Shown: positions 32,069 to 43,950 of the stretch, one piece after another | Layout of the letters: each line of letters starts with the position of its first letter | How positions within the stretch are numbered: position 1 is the stretch's first letter | Assembly: GCA_038924245.1 (NCBI GenBank) | Contig: JBCKVB010000005.1 | Location: forward strand, 1 to 53,839 | DNA length: 53,839 nt | From: Gammaproteobacteria bacterium | Lineage (GTDB): Bacteria > Pseudomonadota > Gammaproteobacteria > SURF-13 | Direction of reading: 5' to 3' | Program-made: the position numbers and the translations under genes | Notes under the pieces: generated by a model | The model's database searches: none | Told to the model about the DNA's origin: nothing | What the model saw: only the letters and a program-made list of their open reading frames with translations

Positions 32069-32189
32069 GCTGGAAAAGTCCATCCCTGTCCTTTTCCAGC
32101 GCGTAAAGCAAAAAATGCGATTTTTGCTTTACGCCATTTTTAAAATGCAGACGCAGTGTCCTGAAAATGACGGCACGTCCTTGTGCCGC
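32069..32189. repeat. Multi-hairpin intergenic element related to the MITE at 5526
   Basis: GCTGGAAAAG..CATCCCTG..CTTTTCCAGC; GCGTAAAGCAAAAA..TTTTTGCTTTACGC; CATTTT..AAAATG; CGGCAC-GTCCTT-GTGCCG. Confidence 0.65.
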
Positions 32190-32194
32190 ACACT

Positions 32195-32995
32195 ATGAAC
32201 ATTTTGGTATTCGACATCGAAACCGTCCCCGACGTGGCGGGCGGACGCCGGCTTTATGCGCTCGATGGCCTCACGGACAAACAGACCGCCGAGGCGATGT
32301 TCAACGTGCGCCGCCAGGAGACCGGCGGTTCAGATTTTCTCCGCCACCATTTACAACGCATCGTGGCGATCTCAGCGGTGCTGCGCACGCGCGATCATGT
32401 GAAGGTGTGGTCTCTGGGTGAGCCGGATTCACCTGAAAAAGAGCTGATCGAACGCTTTTTCGACGGGATTGAAAAGTACACGCCGACGCTGGTGTCCTGG
32501 AACGGCGGCGGGTTTGATTTGCCGGTGCTCAACTATCGCGCGCTGTTGCACGGCGTCGCCGCGCCGCGTTACTGGGAGACGGGCAAGGAAGACCCCGGCT
32601 TCCGCTACGATAATTATCTCAGCCGGTTTCATTGGCGCCATACCGATCTGATGGACGTGCTTTCCTCTTACCAGGCGCGCGCCACCGCCCCGCTGGATGG
32701 AATCGCCGCCCTGCTGGGCTTTCCCGGCAAGCTGGGCATGGACGGGTCGCAGGTGTGGGAGCGCTATCTGCAGGGCGAGATCGCCGCGATCCGCGATTAC
32801 TGTGAGACCGACGTGCTCAATACCTATCTCATTTACCTGCGCTTCGAACTGATACGCGGCCATTTGACGGCCGAACACTACGCAACAGAGTGTCAGCTTC
32901 TGCGCGATGTGCTGGCCAAGGAAGACAAACCCCACCTGCGCGAATTTCTTGCCGCTTGGCGGTCGCTCCCGGCGTCCTGCCTCCCGCGACACTAA
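32195..32995 (+). CDS. PolB-like 3'-5' exonuclease (DEDD family)
   Basis: VFDIETVPD, LVSWNGGGFDLPVL, HTDLMD, YCETDVLNT. Confidence 0.88.
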   Translation: MNILVFDIETVPDVAGGRRLYALDGLTDKQTAEAMFNVRRQETGGSDFLRHHLQRIVAISAVLRTRDHVKVWSLGEPDSPEKELIERFFDGIEKYTPTLVSWNGGGFDLPVLNYRALLHGVAAPRYWETGKEDPGFRYDNYLSRFHWRHTDLMDVLSSYQARATAPLDGIAALLGFPGKLGMDGSQVWERYLQGEIAAIRDYCETDVLNTYLIYLRFELIRGHLTAEHYATECQLLRDVLAKEDKPHLREFLAAWRSLPASCLPRH

Positions 32996-33008
32996 GCCAT
33001 CCATGGCT
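32961..33008 (-). repeat. Intragenic repeat family, 48-bp unit, supplying the exonuclease C-terminus and stop
   Basis: GGTCGCTCCCGGCGTCCTGCCTCCCGCGACACTAAGCCATCCATGGCT; read as [10 protein letters not shown]. Confidence 0.92.
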
Positions 33009-33036
33009 GTCGCTGATCCACGCAACCTTGCGCCTC

Positions 33037-33067
33037 CTTGCTACTTGTAACTTGTCACTTGCTACTG
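33037..33067 (+). repeat. Heptamer tandem repeat (CTTGYNA)4
   Basis: CTTGCTA CTTGTAA CTTGTCA CTTGCTA directly upstream of rlmD. Confidence 0.7.
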
Positions 33068-33074
33068 TTTTTCA

Positions 33075-34406
33075 ATGCCCCGCCGTCCCCGCAATTTAAA
33101 ACTGCCGCCCCAGGAACCCGTTGCGGCCAAAGTCGAGTCTCTCAGCCACGACGGGCGCGGCGTGGCGCATGTCAACGGCAAGGCGGTGTTCATCGAGGGT
33201 GCCTTGCCGGGTGAGCAGGTGTTATTTGGCTATGTCACGCGGCGTAAACGCCATGATGAGGGCAGGGTCGAGAAAATCATCAGCCCGTCACCCCATCGCG
33301 TCGAGCCGCGTTGCGCGCATTTCAACATCTGCGGCGGATGCAGCCTGCAGCACCTCTCTCCCATAGCGCAAATCGCGGCCAAACAGCAGGTGCTGCTGGA
33401 TAGCCTGAAGCATATAGGCGGGGTGGAGCCGGAGGTTATTTTAGCGCCGCTCACCGGCCCGCACTGGGGCTACCGGCGCAAGGCGCGTCTCGGCGTCAAG
33501 TTTGTCATCAAGAAAGACAAATTGCTGATCGGCTTCCGGGAGAAGCGCAGCTCCCTGCTCGCCGATATAGAGCGCTGCGAAGTGCTACATCCTTCCGTGG
33601 GGGGCTTGCTTCCGGCGCTGCGCGAACTCATTGCCGGACTGGAAGCCTACAACTGCATTCCCCAGATCGAAGTGGCTGCGGGCGATGAAGTCACGGCCCT
33701 GGTGTTCCGCAATCTGGCGCAGTTGAGCGGTACCGACCTGGACCAGCTGCAACGCTTTGGTGAGGCTCACGGCATGCAGATTTATCTGCAACCGGCGGGG
33801 CCGGACAGCGTGACGTTGATCTGGCCGGAAACCGCGGCGCTGAGCTACCGCTTGCCCAAATACAATCTGGAACTCTTCTTCACCCCGACCGATTTTGTTC
33901 AGGTCAACGGCGCAATCAATAGCGCCATGGTGGAACGGGTGATCGAACTGCTCGACCCCAAACCGCACGAGCGCGTGCTGGATTTGTTCTGCGGCCTGAG
34001 CAACTTCACCCTGCCCCTGACGCGTTATGCGGCACACGTCACCGGCGTGGAGGGCGAGGCCAAACTGATACAGCGCGCGCGGGACAACGCGCGCCACAAC
34101 GGTATCGGCAATGCGGAGTTTCATGCCTGTGATCTCAGCCGGGATTTGGCCGGGCAGACCTGGGCAGGACAACACTTCGACAAAATCCTGCTCGACCCGC
34201 CGCGCACCGGCGCCTTGGAGGTTATCAAACAGCTCCCCGCGCTCGATGCCGCGCGTATCGTCTACGTCTCATGCAACCCCGCCACCCTGGCGCGCGATGC
34301 AAAAGAGCTGGCGCAACGGGGTTATAAATTACTGAGCGCGGGCGTGATGGACATGTTTCCCCATACTACGCACATCGAGTCGGTCGCGTTGTTTGAAAAG
34401 AGTTGA
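33075..34406 (+). CDS. rlmD: 23S rRNA m5U1939 methyltransferase
   Basis: TRAM domain, CAHFNICGGCSLQH Fe-S motif, LDPPRTG, YVSCNPATLARD, DMFPHT.HIE. Confidence 0.96.
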   Translation: MPRRPRNLKLPPQEPVAAKVESLSHDGRGVAHVNGKAVFIEGALPGEQVLFGYVTRRKRHDEGRVEKIISPSPHRVEPRCAHFNICGGCSLQHLSPIAQIAAKQQVLLDSLKHIGGVEPEVILAPLTGPHWGYRRKARLGVKFVIKKDKLLIGFREKRSSLLADIERCEVLHPSVGGLLPALRELIAGLEAYNCIPQIEVAAGDEVTALVFRNLAQLSGTDLDQLQRFGEAHGMQIYLQPAGPDSVTLIWPETAALSYRLPKYNLELFFTPTDFVQVNGAINSAMVERVIELLDPKPHERVLDLFCGLSNFTLPLTRYAAHVTGVEGEAKLIQRARDNARHNGIGNAEFHACDLSRDLAGQTWAGQHFDKILLDPPRTGALEVIKQLPALDAARIVYVSCNPATLARDAKELAQRGYKLLSAGVMDMFPHTTHIESVALFEKS

Positions 34407-34451
34407 TACTCAAGGAACCTCTGATATGTCAGAGGTTCCTTGAGTATCAAC
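34402..34451. terminator. Perfect 23-bp inverted repeat between convergent rlmD and purL, with MITE-end core
   Basis: GTTGATACTCAAGGAACCTCTGA-TATG-TCAGAGGTTCCTTGAGTATCAAC. A terminator role is inferred from position; there is no U tract. Confidence 0.6.
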
Positions 34452-37400
34452 CAATCCACTTGCGCGCGTTGCGGAACATGTGCAGCCACGGGCTCTCCTC
34501 GCCCCACTCTTCGGGATGCCAGGAGAGGGCCATCGTGCGCACCACGCGCTCCGGGTGCGGCATCATGATGGTGTAGCGCCCGTCGGGCGTGGTGAGGCCC
34601 GCGATGCCGAGCGGCGAGCCGTTGGGATTGGCGGGGTAGGTTTCGGTGGGCTGGCCATAATTATCCGCCCAGCGCAGTGCGACGATACCGGCATCGAGTG
34701 CTTGTTGGGCGCTGCCGCCGGAACGAAATTCGGCGCGGCCCTCGCCGTGCGCCACCGCGAGGGGCAGTTGCGCGCCCGCCATGTCTTGCAAGAACAGCGA
34801 GGGCGATTTCGGGATTTGCACCAGCGACAGGCGCGCCTCGAATTGCCCGGAAAGGTTGCGCGCGAACCCCGGCCAGTGCTCCGCGCCGGGGATGAGTTCA
34901 TGCAGGTGCGACATCATCTGGCAGCCGTTGCAGATGCCGAGACCAAAGCTATCCTTGCGATTAAAGAAGGCGCTGAATTCGTCGCGCGCGCGCGCGTTGA
35001 ACAAGATTGAATTGGCCCAGCCACGCCCCGCGCCGAGCACGTCGCCGTAGGAAAATCCGCCCGGCGCGGCGAGGCCCTGAAAGTCGCGCAGGGAAACGCG
35101 GCCTTCCAGGATATCGCTCATGTGCACGTCCACACAGGCGAAACCCGCGCGGTCGAACGCCCAGGCCAGCTCCACCTGGCCGTTCACGCCTTGTTCGCGC
35201 AGGATGGCGACGCGCGGGCGCACGCCTTGTTTGATATACGGCGCCGCGGCATCGTGATCCGGGTCGAAGCTGAGCTTTACGTTCAGACCGGGGTCGGCGG
35301 CATCAAGCAGGGCATCGTACTCCTGCTGCGCGCACGCCGGGTTGTCGCGCAGCGACTGCATGCGATAAGAAGTTTCCGACCAGGCGCGGTGCAAGTTCAC
35401 GCGCGTGTCTGAAAGAACCGTTTTGCCGTGGTGCGTGAATACAATGTGATCCGTGCCATTCAAGGCGCCGCACGCGTGGCTGCATTCGCCGAGTCCTGCC
35501 TGCTCCAACGCCTCAAGCACCGCCTGCTTGTCTGCCATACGCGTTTGCACCACGGCGCCGAGCTCTTCATTAAACAGCGCGCCAGTCGCTCCCGGCGTCC
35601 TCGATCGCTGTTCCCGACGCGATTCTACCTCCTCCATGCATGGAGTCGTGCCTCCCGTGACACTAAGCCGTCCCTGGCTGGCGCAAGGGCCGGGTACGAG
35701 CGTATCCAGATGCACGGTGACGCCGGCATGACCCGCGAAGGCCATCTCGCATACGGCGGTAAACAGGCCGCCGTCGGAGCGGTCGTGATAGGCGAGCAGC
35801 AGGCCTTTTTCATTGAGCGATTGAATGGCGTTAAAGAACGACTTGAGTAATTCAGCATCCGGCGCATCCGGCACGTCGCGCACCATTTGGCCATACACCT
35901 GTGCCAGCGCCGAACCGCCCAAGCGGTTTTTGCCCAGGCCCAGATCAATCACGATGAGCGCGGTCTCGCCTTGATTAGTGCGTAGTTGCGGCGTAAGCGT
36001 CTGGCGGCAATCCAGCACCGGCGCGAAGGCGCTCACGATGAGCGACAACGGCGCGGTGACGGATTTTTCCTCGCCCTGCTCGCGCCACACGGTTTTCATG
36101 GAGAGCGAATCCTTGCCCACGGGGATGGCGATGCCGAGTTGCGGGCAGAGTTGCATGGCGACGGCGTGCACGGTGTCGTACAACGCGGCGTCCTCGCCGG
36201 GGTGGCCCGCGGCGGCCATCCAGTTGGCGGAGAGCTTGATGGCGGAAATACCGGCGATGCGCGCGGCGGCGATGTTGGTGATGGCCTCGGCGACCGCCAT
36301 GCGCCCCGAAGCGGCGGGGTTGATGAGCGCGAGCGGCGCGCGTTCGCCCAGCGCCATCGCCTCGCCGGTGTGGGTGTCAAAACCGCTGCCGGTGACGCCC
36401 GCATCCGCGACCGCGACCTGCCACGGGCCCACCATTTGATCGCGCGTGACCAGGCCGCCCACCGTGCGGTCGCCGATGGTGATGAGAAAGCGCTTGTCCG
36501 CCACGGTGGGGAAACGCAGCACGCGTAGCGCGGCCTGGTGCAGGTCAATGCGCGTATCAAATAGCGGCAGCGCTGGGGTATCAGTGTGCCGCACATCGCG
36601 CAGCATTTTCGGCGGTTTGCCGAGTAGCATGGGCAGCGGCAGGTTGACCGGCTCATTATGGAAATGCGCGTCGCTCACGAGGAGTTGTTGTTCGGCGCTG
36701 ACGCTGCCCACAACGGCGTAAGGACAACGCTCGCGCGCGCACAATACCTTGAATTCATCCAGGCGTTCGGCGGACACCGCCAGCACGTAACGCTCCTGCG
36801 CCTCGTTGCTCCAAATCTGCATGGGCGACATGCCGGGATCGTCGTTCAAAATCGCGCGCAGCTCGATACGCGCTCCGCGTTCCGCGCCGTGCACCAGTTC
36901 CGGCAGCGCATTGGACAGGCCGCCCGCGCCGACATCGTGTATGGAGAGGATGGGATTGCCGTCACCCATCTGCCAGCAGCGGTCTATGACCTCTTGGCAG
37001 CGGCGCTGCATCTCGGCGTTGTCGCGCTGCACCGAGGCGAAGTCGAGCGTCTCGTCACCGCTGCCCGCTGCGATAGAAGACGCCGCGCCGCCGCCGAGGC
37101 CAATCAGCATGGCCGGCCCGCCCAGTACAATGAGCGCGCTGCCTTGCGGCAAATCATGCTTCTCCACATGCATGGGAGAAATGTTGCCCACGCCGCCCGC
37201 CAACATGATGGGCTTGAGATAGCCGCGCGACTCCATGCCCTGTTGCGCCGGGAATTGCGCCTCGAAGGTGCGGAAATAGCCGCAGATGTTGGGACGGCCG
37301 AATTCATTGTTGAACGCCGCCGCGCCTAGCGGCCCCTCCAGCATGATTTGTAGACTCGACGCGACGTGCGCCGGTTTGCCGTAATCGAATTGCTCCCACG

Positions 37401-38541
37401 GCTGCGGGGCATCGGGGATACGCAGGTGCGAGACGGAAAAGCCGCACAAACCCGCCTTGGGCTTCGCGCCGCGCCCGGTCGCGCCTTCATCGCGGATTTC
37501 GCCGCCGCTGCCGGTGGCCGCGCCAGGATAAGGCGAGATCGCGGTGGGGTGGTTGTGCGTCTCCACCTTCATCAGGATGTGCGCGTACCCCCTGTGCTGA
37601 CGATATTCGTTCTTTCCGCCTGCGGGGAAAAAGCGCGCCGTCTCGAAACCCTCGATCACCGAGGCGTTGTCTTTATACGCCGACAGGATGCCATGCGGAT
37701 TTTTTTCCGAGGTGTGGCGGATCATGGCGAACAGGGATTTTTCCCGTGGCTTGCCGTCTATGATCCAGTCGGCGTTGAAAATCTTGTGGCGGCAGTGCTC
37801 GGAATTCATCTGCGCGAACATCATCAGTTCCGCGTCGCTGGGGTTGCGCTTGAGGCGCAGGTAGTTGTCCAGCAGATAGGCGATTTCGTCCGCGCTGAGC
37901 GCGAGCCCAAGTTGCCGGTTGGCGTCCAGCAGCGCCTGTTTTCCATCGGTTAAAATATCAACAGTGGTCAGCGGCGCGGGTTGAGACTGAGAGAACAGGG
38001 CGTGCGCCGCCTTGGGGTCGCGGCACACCTGCTGCGTCATGCGGTCGTGCACGAGTGGGGCGATCAAATCAATCTCGCCCTGTTGCAGGGGCGCGGCGTT
38101 TTGCGTGGTGAAATAATAAGCCGTGCCGCGCTCGATGCGCTTGATCTTGTCCAGGCCGCACAAACGCAGGATGTCGCTCGCCTTGCTCGACCAGGGCGAG
38201 CGCGTACCGGCGCGCGGTGTCACCAGCAACGACGTGCAGGGACGCACTAGTGTCGCGGGAGGCACGACTCCAGGGATGGAGGAGGTAGAATCGCGTCGGG
38301 AACAGCGATCGAGGACGCTGGGAGCGACCGGGGGAGTTGCGACGACGGATTCGCTTGCGTGCGCCGCGAGGATTTTTACCAACGCCGCGTTTTCGTCCGG
38401 CGCGAGCGCGCCGGTCAGCTCGGCGAAATACACCCACTCGGCGCGCAGTTGTGTGATGCGCGGGGCAGCCGCCCGCATCGCGCGCAGCAGTTTGTCGAGG
38501 CGGAAACCAGACAGCGCCGCCGCGCCGCGCAGCCGTAACAT
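34447..38541 (-). CDS. purL: Phosphoribosylformylglycinamidine synthase, large type (two in-frame repeat insertions)
   Basis: [43 protein letters not shown]. Confidence 0.98.
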   Translation of the reverse strand: MLRLRGAAALSGFRLDKLLRAMRAAAPRITQLRAEWVYFAELTGALAPDENAALVKILAAHASESVVATPPVAPSVLDRCSRRDSTSSIPGVVPPATLVRPCTSLLVTPRAGTRSPWSSKASDILRLCGLDKIKRIERGTAYYFTTQNAAPLQQGEIDLIAPLVHDRMTQQVCRDPKAAHALFSQSQPAPLTTVDILTDGKQALLDANRQLGLALSADEIAYLLDNYLRLKRNPSDAELMMFAQMNSEHCRHKIFNADWIIDGKPREKSLFAMIRHTSEKNPHGILSAYKDNASVIEGFETARFFPAGGKNEYRQHRGYAHILMKVETHNHPTAISPYPGAATGSGGEIRDEGATGRGAKPKAGLCGFSVSHLRIPDAPQPWEQFDYGKPAHVASSLQIMLEGPLGAAAFNNEFGRPNICGYFRTFEAQFPAQQGMESRGYLKPIMLAGGVGNISPMHVEKHDLPQGSALIVLGGPAMLIGLGGGAASSIAAGSGDETLDFASVQRDNAEMQRRCQEVIDRCWQMGDGNPILSIHDVGAGGLSNALPELVHGAERGARIELRAILNDDPGMSPMQIWSNEAQERYVLAVSAERLDEFKVLCARERCPYAVVGSVSAEQQLLVSDAHFHNEPVNLPLPMLLGKPPKMLRDVRHTDTPALPLFDTRIDLHQAALRVLRFPTVADKRFLITIGDRTVGGLVTRDQMVGPWQVAVADAGVTGSGFDTHTGEAMALGERAPLALINPAASGRMAVAEAITNIAAARIAGISAIKLSANWMAAAGHPGEDAALYDTVHAVAMQLCPQLGIAIPVGKDSLSMKTVWREQGEEKSVTAPLSLIVSAFAPVLDCRQTLTPQLRTNQGETALIVIDLGLGKNRLGGSALAQVYGQMVRDVPDAPDAELLKSFFNAIQSLNEKGLLLAYHDRSDGGLFTAVCEMAFAGHAGVTVHLDTLVPGPCASQGRLSVTGGTTPCMEEVESRREQRSRTPGATGALFNEELGAVVQTRMADKQAVLEALEQAGLGECSHACGALNGTDHIVFTHHGKTVLSDTRVNLHRAWSETSYRMQSLRDNPACAQQEYDALLDAADPGLNVKLSFDPDHDAAAPYIKQGVRPRVAILREQGVNGQVELAWAFDRAGFACVDVHMSDILEGRVSLRDFQGLAAPGGFSYGDVLGAGRGWANSILFNARARDEFSAFFNRKDSFGLGICNGCQMMSHLHELIPGAEHWPGFARNLSGQFEARLSLVQIPKSPSLFLQDMAGAQLPLAVAHGEGRAEFRSGGSAQQALDAGIVALRWADNYGQPTETYPANPNGSPLGIAGLTTPDGRYTIMMPHPERVVRTMALSWHPEEWGEESPWLHMFRNARKWIG
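35584..35679 (-). repeat. Intragenic repeat family, 96-bp variant, in purL
   Basis: Read as [32 protein letters not shown] just before ALFNEELG. Confidence 0.92.
38234..38329 (+). repeat. Intragenic repeat family, 96-bp variant, in the purL N-terminal domain
   Basis: Read as [32 protein letters not shown] just before LLVTPR. Confidence 0.92.
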
Positions 38542-38558
38542 TCTTGCTTGAATCGCGT

Positions 38559-39770
38559 TTATTTGAGTTGTTCGTGCAGCAGGGTCAGTATCCGGCTGGA
38601 GGTTTCCGAGTTGTCGCGCACGCCATCCTTGTTGAGCACCTCGATGCGCGTGCTGTCCGCGGTCGTCCCCAGCGACCCGCCTCCCGCGACACTAGTAGAA
38701 CCCTTCGCTGGCGCTCTTCCCTGTACGTCGTCGCTCGCCACGCTGACCAGATATTGTTCGGTCGGCGGCTTTTTGTCGTCCTTGCCCCAGAATTTCATCC
38801 TGGACATGAGGCCTTCTTTTTTCTCCTGATCCTTGAGCGGATCGGCGTAACGCACGTAGTACAGGCCGCGTGAGCGGTCACGGTCTTCCACGGTGAAGCC
38901 GATGCGATCCAGCGCGAGGCCGGTGCGGCGCCAGGCGCGTGAAAAATCCTCTTGCAGGGCGAGCGCGGCGCCGCCGTTGCCGTCTTTGGTCAGCGTGGCG
39001 CGCGGCGTTTCGGTCTCGCGCGCCAGCAGGGTCTTGGTTTTCTTTTCGTCCACGCCGAAGAACACCATCAGGTGGTTAAGCATCTCCGCCTCCAGCTCCG
39101 GGTCGGAAGGGCGCGGCTGCCAGATGGTCGAGTCGCCATGCGCCACTTCCTCCACGCCGCTGTGGCTCAAGAAAAGTTCGGTGCCGCCCGCCTCCTGGGT
39201 GCGCTCCAGGCGCACGCGGAACTTGTCGCGCGTCGCGGCGGAGTAGAGATTTTCGAACACCTTGCTCAGCACCGAGCGGATGGGATCTTTCGGAATGTCG
39301 GCGCGGTTTTCCAGCCAGTCGGTCTCCATGATGCCGATGCGTGGGTCTTCCTGCTTGATGAGATAACCGTTTTGCAGCCAGAATTCGCGCACCTTGGGCC
39401 ACCACTGATCGGGCTCGCCCTGCATCATCAGCCAGCGCTTGTTGCCGTCGCGCTCCACGCGCACGTTGTCCTGGCCGGGCAGGACATTCTCGCGCTGCGC
39501 CACTTGCGGGTCGCTGCGCTCGCCGCTGTACACGGAATAGGTCGCCGTGCCGCCGGGGCTGATGTCGGGCACGGCGAGCGTGTCGTCCACGGTGGAGCTG
39601 GTGAGGTCGGGCGGTACCTCCAGCGGCGGGAGCGAGGAGCTCTTTTTATATTCCACGCGCTTTTCCGGGTCCACCTCATCCAGCTTGGCGGTGATCGCCT
39701 TGCACCCGCCGAGCGCAGCGAGCGTTAACAACAAAAGTCCGCAATGTAACAGCCGTTTTCTAAAATGCAT
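38559..39770 (-). CDS. bamC: Outer membrane protein assembly lipoprotein BamC (with in-frame repeat insertion)
   Basis: Lipobox [42 protein letters not shown]; downstream of dapA. Confidence 0.9.
   Translation of the reverse strand: MHFRKRLLHCGLLLLTLAALGGCKAITAKLDEVDPEKRVEYKKSSSLPPLEVPPDLTSSTVDDTLAVPDISPGGTATYSVYSGERSDPQVAQRENVLPGQDNVRVERDGNKRWLMMQGEPDQWWPKVREFWLQNGYLIKQEDPRIGIMETDWLENRADIPKDPIRSVLSKVFENLYSAATRDKFRVRLERTQEAGGTELFLSHSGVEEVAHGDSTIWQPRPSDPELEAEMLNHLMVFFGVDEKKTKTLLARETETPRATLTKDGNGGAALALQEDFSRAWRRTGLALDRIGFTVEDRDRSRGLYYVRYADPLKDQEKKEGLMSRMKFWGKDDKKPPTEQYLVSVASDDVQGRAPAKGSTSVAGGGSLGTTADSTRIEVLNKDGVRDNSETSSRILTLLHEQLK
38661..38726 (-). repeat. Intragenic repeat family, 66-bp variant, in bamC
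   Basis: Basic unit plus one 18-bp module; read as [22 protein letters not shown]. Confidence 0.85.
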
Positions 39771-39786
39771 CCACGTTACCTTAAGG

Positions 39787-40662
39787 TTAAATGTTGATGG
39801 CCTGCCGCATGGCCGCCCTGACCTGGGCCTGGCAGCCGGCCGAGAGCGGCGTGAGCGGCAGGCGTATGCCGGGCGGGATCAGCCCCATCTCATGCAGCGC
39901 CCACTTGACCGGGATCGGGTTGGACTCGATGAACAAATCACGGTGCAGCGCCATGAGCCGTTGGTTGATGGCCTCGGCTTGGGCGCGCTCGCCGCGCAGG
40001 GCGGCTGTGTACATGTCGTGCATCAGCCTGGGCGCGATGTTGGCGGTCACCGAGATCACGCCCTTGCCGCCTTGCAGCATCACTTCCATGGCCGTGGCGT
40101 CGTCACCCGCGTAAAGGTCTATTTTATCACCACAGCGCTCCAATATCTCGCGCGCGCGCGCGATATTGCCCGTGGCCTCCTTGATGCCCACGATGTTGGA
40201 GATGGGGGCGAGGCGCGCCACGGTGTCCGGCAGCAGGTCGCAGGCGGTGCGACCGGGCACGTTGTACAGGATTTGCGGGATGGGGACGGCCTCGGCGAGG
40301 GCCTTGTAATGCAGGTACAGGCCCTCTTGGGTGGGCTTGTTGTAATAAGGCGTGACCAGCAAACAGGCGTCGGCGCCGGAATGCAGGGCCGAGCGGGTCA
40401 GCTCGATGGCCTCGCTGGTGGCGTTGGCCCCGGTACCCGCGATCACCGGCACGCGCCCATGCACCAGATCCACCACCTGGCGTATCACCCGGCAATGTTC
40501 CTCCATATCGAGCGTGGCGGACTCGCCCGTGGTGCCGACCGCGACGATGGCATCGGTGCCGTTCTCGATATGGAATTCGATGAGCCGGGACAGGCTCTCT
40601 GGATCAAGTGACCCGTCAGCGCGCATCGGCGTGACCAGGGCCACCATACTGCCGTGAAACAT
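39787..40662 (-). CDS. dapA: 4-hydroxy-tetrahydrodipicolinate synthase
   Basis: [35 protein letters not shown]; start at MFHGS. Confidence 0.97.
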   Translation of the reverse strand: MFHGSMVALVTPMRADGSLDPESLSRLIEFHIENGTDAIVAVGTTGESATLDMEEHCRVIRQVVDLVHGRVPVIAGTGANATSEAIELTRSALHSGADACLLVTPYYNKPTQEGLYLHYKALAEAVPIPQILYNVPGRTACDLLPDTVARLAPISNIVGIKEATGNIARAREILERCGDKIDLYAGDDATAMEVMLQGGKGVISVTANIAPRLMHDMYTAALRGERAQAEAINQRLMALHRDLFIESNPIPVKWALHEMGLIPPGIRLPLTPLSAGCQAQVRAAMRQAINI

Positions 40663-40830
40663 GAACCGCTGCTCCAAGAACAAAGACGCATGGTACTTCG
40701 AGCCGTGGCGGATGACAAGAAGCGGCCTCTCCGGACCATTTGGGCCGGCGCCAGCCTCTATTGGCTATTAGCGGGGAATCCACTACTATTAGGAGGGCAC
40801 TATATGTCAATAAGTTAGGGGCAACAGGTC

Positions 40831-42549
<1,719 letters not shown>

Positions 42550-42557
42550 AATAAACC

Positions 42558-43856
42558 ATGGCTGAGAAAGCGGCGAAGCAGCTCGACACCTTCGTCTGGG
42601 AAGGCTCCAACAAGCAAGGCGCGCGCGTCAAGGGCGAGATCAAGGGCGTCAGCCCCGCCCTGGTCAAGGCCGACCTGCGCCGTCAGGGCATTAATCCGCT
42701 CAAGGTGGATAGAAAAAGCAGGACTACTGCTGGCGCGGCTATTCGCATTTCCAGCGCAGGCATCAGCCAACTCAAGGCGGATAAAAAACGCGCGCCGCTG
42801 TTTGGCGGCCAGTCAAAAAAGAAGATTACCCCGAAGGACATCGCCATTCTGAGCCGTCAGTTGTCCACCATGATCTCGGCCGGCGTGCCGCTGGTGCAGG
42901 CGTTCGAGATCGTGGGGCGAGGCCATGAAAATCTCGCCATGCAGGAACTGATCCTGGCCATCAAGAGCGATGTGGAGAGCGGCAGTTCCCTGGCCGAGGC
43001 CATGGAAAAGCACCCGCGCCAGTTTGATGAGCTGTACTGTAACCTGGTGCGCGCCGGCGAACAGGCCGGTATCCTGGAAGGCTTGATGAACAAGATCGCC
43101 GTTTATAAGGAAAAAACCGAGGCGATCAAGGGCAAGATCAAAAAGGCGCTGTTTTATCCCACGGCGGTATTGGTGGTGGCGTTCATCATCACCGCCATTC
43201 TGCTCATCTACGTGATCCCGCAGTTCGAATCGCTGTTCAAGGGTTTCGGCGCCGATCTGCCGGCGCTGACCAAAATGGTGGTTAATCTTTCCGCGATTTT
43301 CCAAAAATGGTGGTGGTTGATCTTCGGCGCGCTCGGCGGCGGCGTCTACGCGATTATCGAGGCCAAGAGGCGCTCGAAGGCGGTGGCCCACTTCTTCGAC
43401 CGCCTGCTGCTCAAGCTGCCGGTTATCGGCGCCATTCTGCACAAAGGCGCCATCGCGCGCTTCGCGCGCACCATGTCCACCATGTTCGCGGCGGGCGTGC
43501 CGCTGGTGGAGTCCATGGTCTCGGTGGCGGGCGCGTCGGGCAACATCGTCTATGCGAACGCCATCCTGCGCATGCGCGACGAGGTCACGACCGGCACGCA
43601 AATGAATGTGGCGATGCGCAACACGCAGTTGTTCCCCAATATGGTGGTGCAAATGGTGGCGATAGGCGAGGAGGCGGGTTCGCTCGATGCCATGCTGGGC
43701 AAGGTCGCCGACTTCTACGAAGAAGAAGTGGATAATATGGTGGACTCGCTCTCCAGTTTGCTGGAGCCGATGATTATGGCGATACTGGGCGTGCTGGTGG
43801 GCGGACTGGTGATCGCCATGTATTTGCCGATCTTCAAGATGGGGGCGGTGGTATGA
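42558..43856 (+). CDS. pilC: Type IV pilus platform protein
   Basis: T2SS-F repeats: AGVPLVQ, AGEQAG.LE, IGEEAGSLD.ML, MYLPIF. Confidence 0.95.
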   Translation: MAEKAAKQLDTFVWEGSNKQGARVKGEIKGVSPALVKADLRRQGINPLKVDRKSRTTAGAAIRISSAGISQLKADKKRAPLFGGQSKKKITPKDIAILSRQLSTMISAGVPLVQAFEIVGRGHENLAMQELILAIKSDVESGSSLAEAMEKHPRQFDELYCNLVRAGEQAGILEGLMNKIAVYKEKTEAIKGKIKKALFYPTAVLVVAFIITAILLIYVIPQFESLFKGFGADLPALTKMVVNLSAIFQKWWWLIFGALGGGVYAIIEAKRRSKAVAHFFDRLLLKLPVIGAILHKGAIARFARTMSTMFAAGVPLVESMVSVAGASGNIVYANAILRMRDEVTTGTQMNVAMRNTQLFPNMVVQMVAIGEEAGSLDAMLGKVADFYEEEVDNMVDSLSSLLEPMIMAILGVLVGGLVIAMYLPIFKMGAVV

Positions 43857-43860
43857 CATG

Positions 43861-43946
43861 ACGGCAGATACAAGAGAAAAGAGAAAAGTCTCCTCACTAA
43901 ATGCATCAGTACTTTTCTCTTTTCTCTTTTCTCTTTTCTCTGTCTC
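43861..43946. repeat. Heptamer (AGAGAAA)n / (TTTCTCT)n inverted tandem repeat element
   Basis: Begins ACGGCAGATACAAGAGAAAAGAG, matching the reverse complement of ~8878-8900. Confidence 0.8.
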
Positions 43947-43950
43947 CGCG

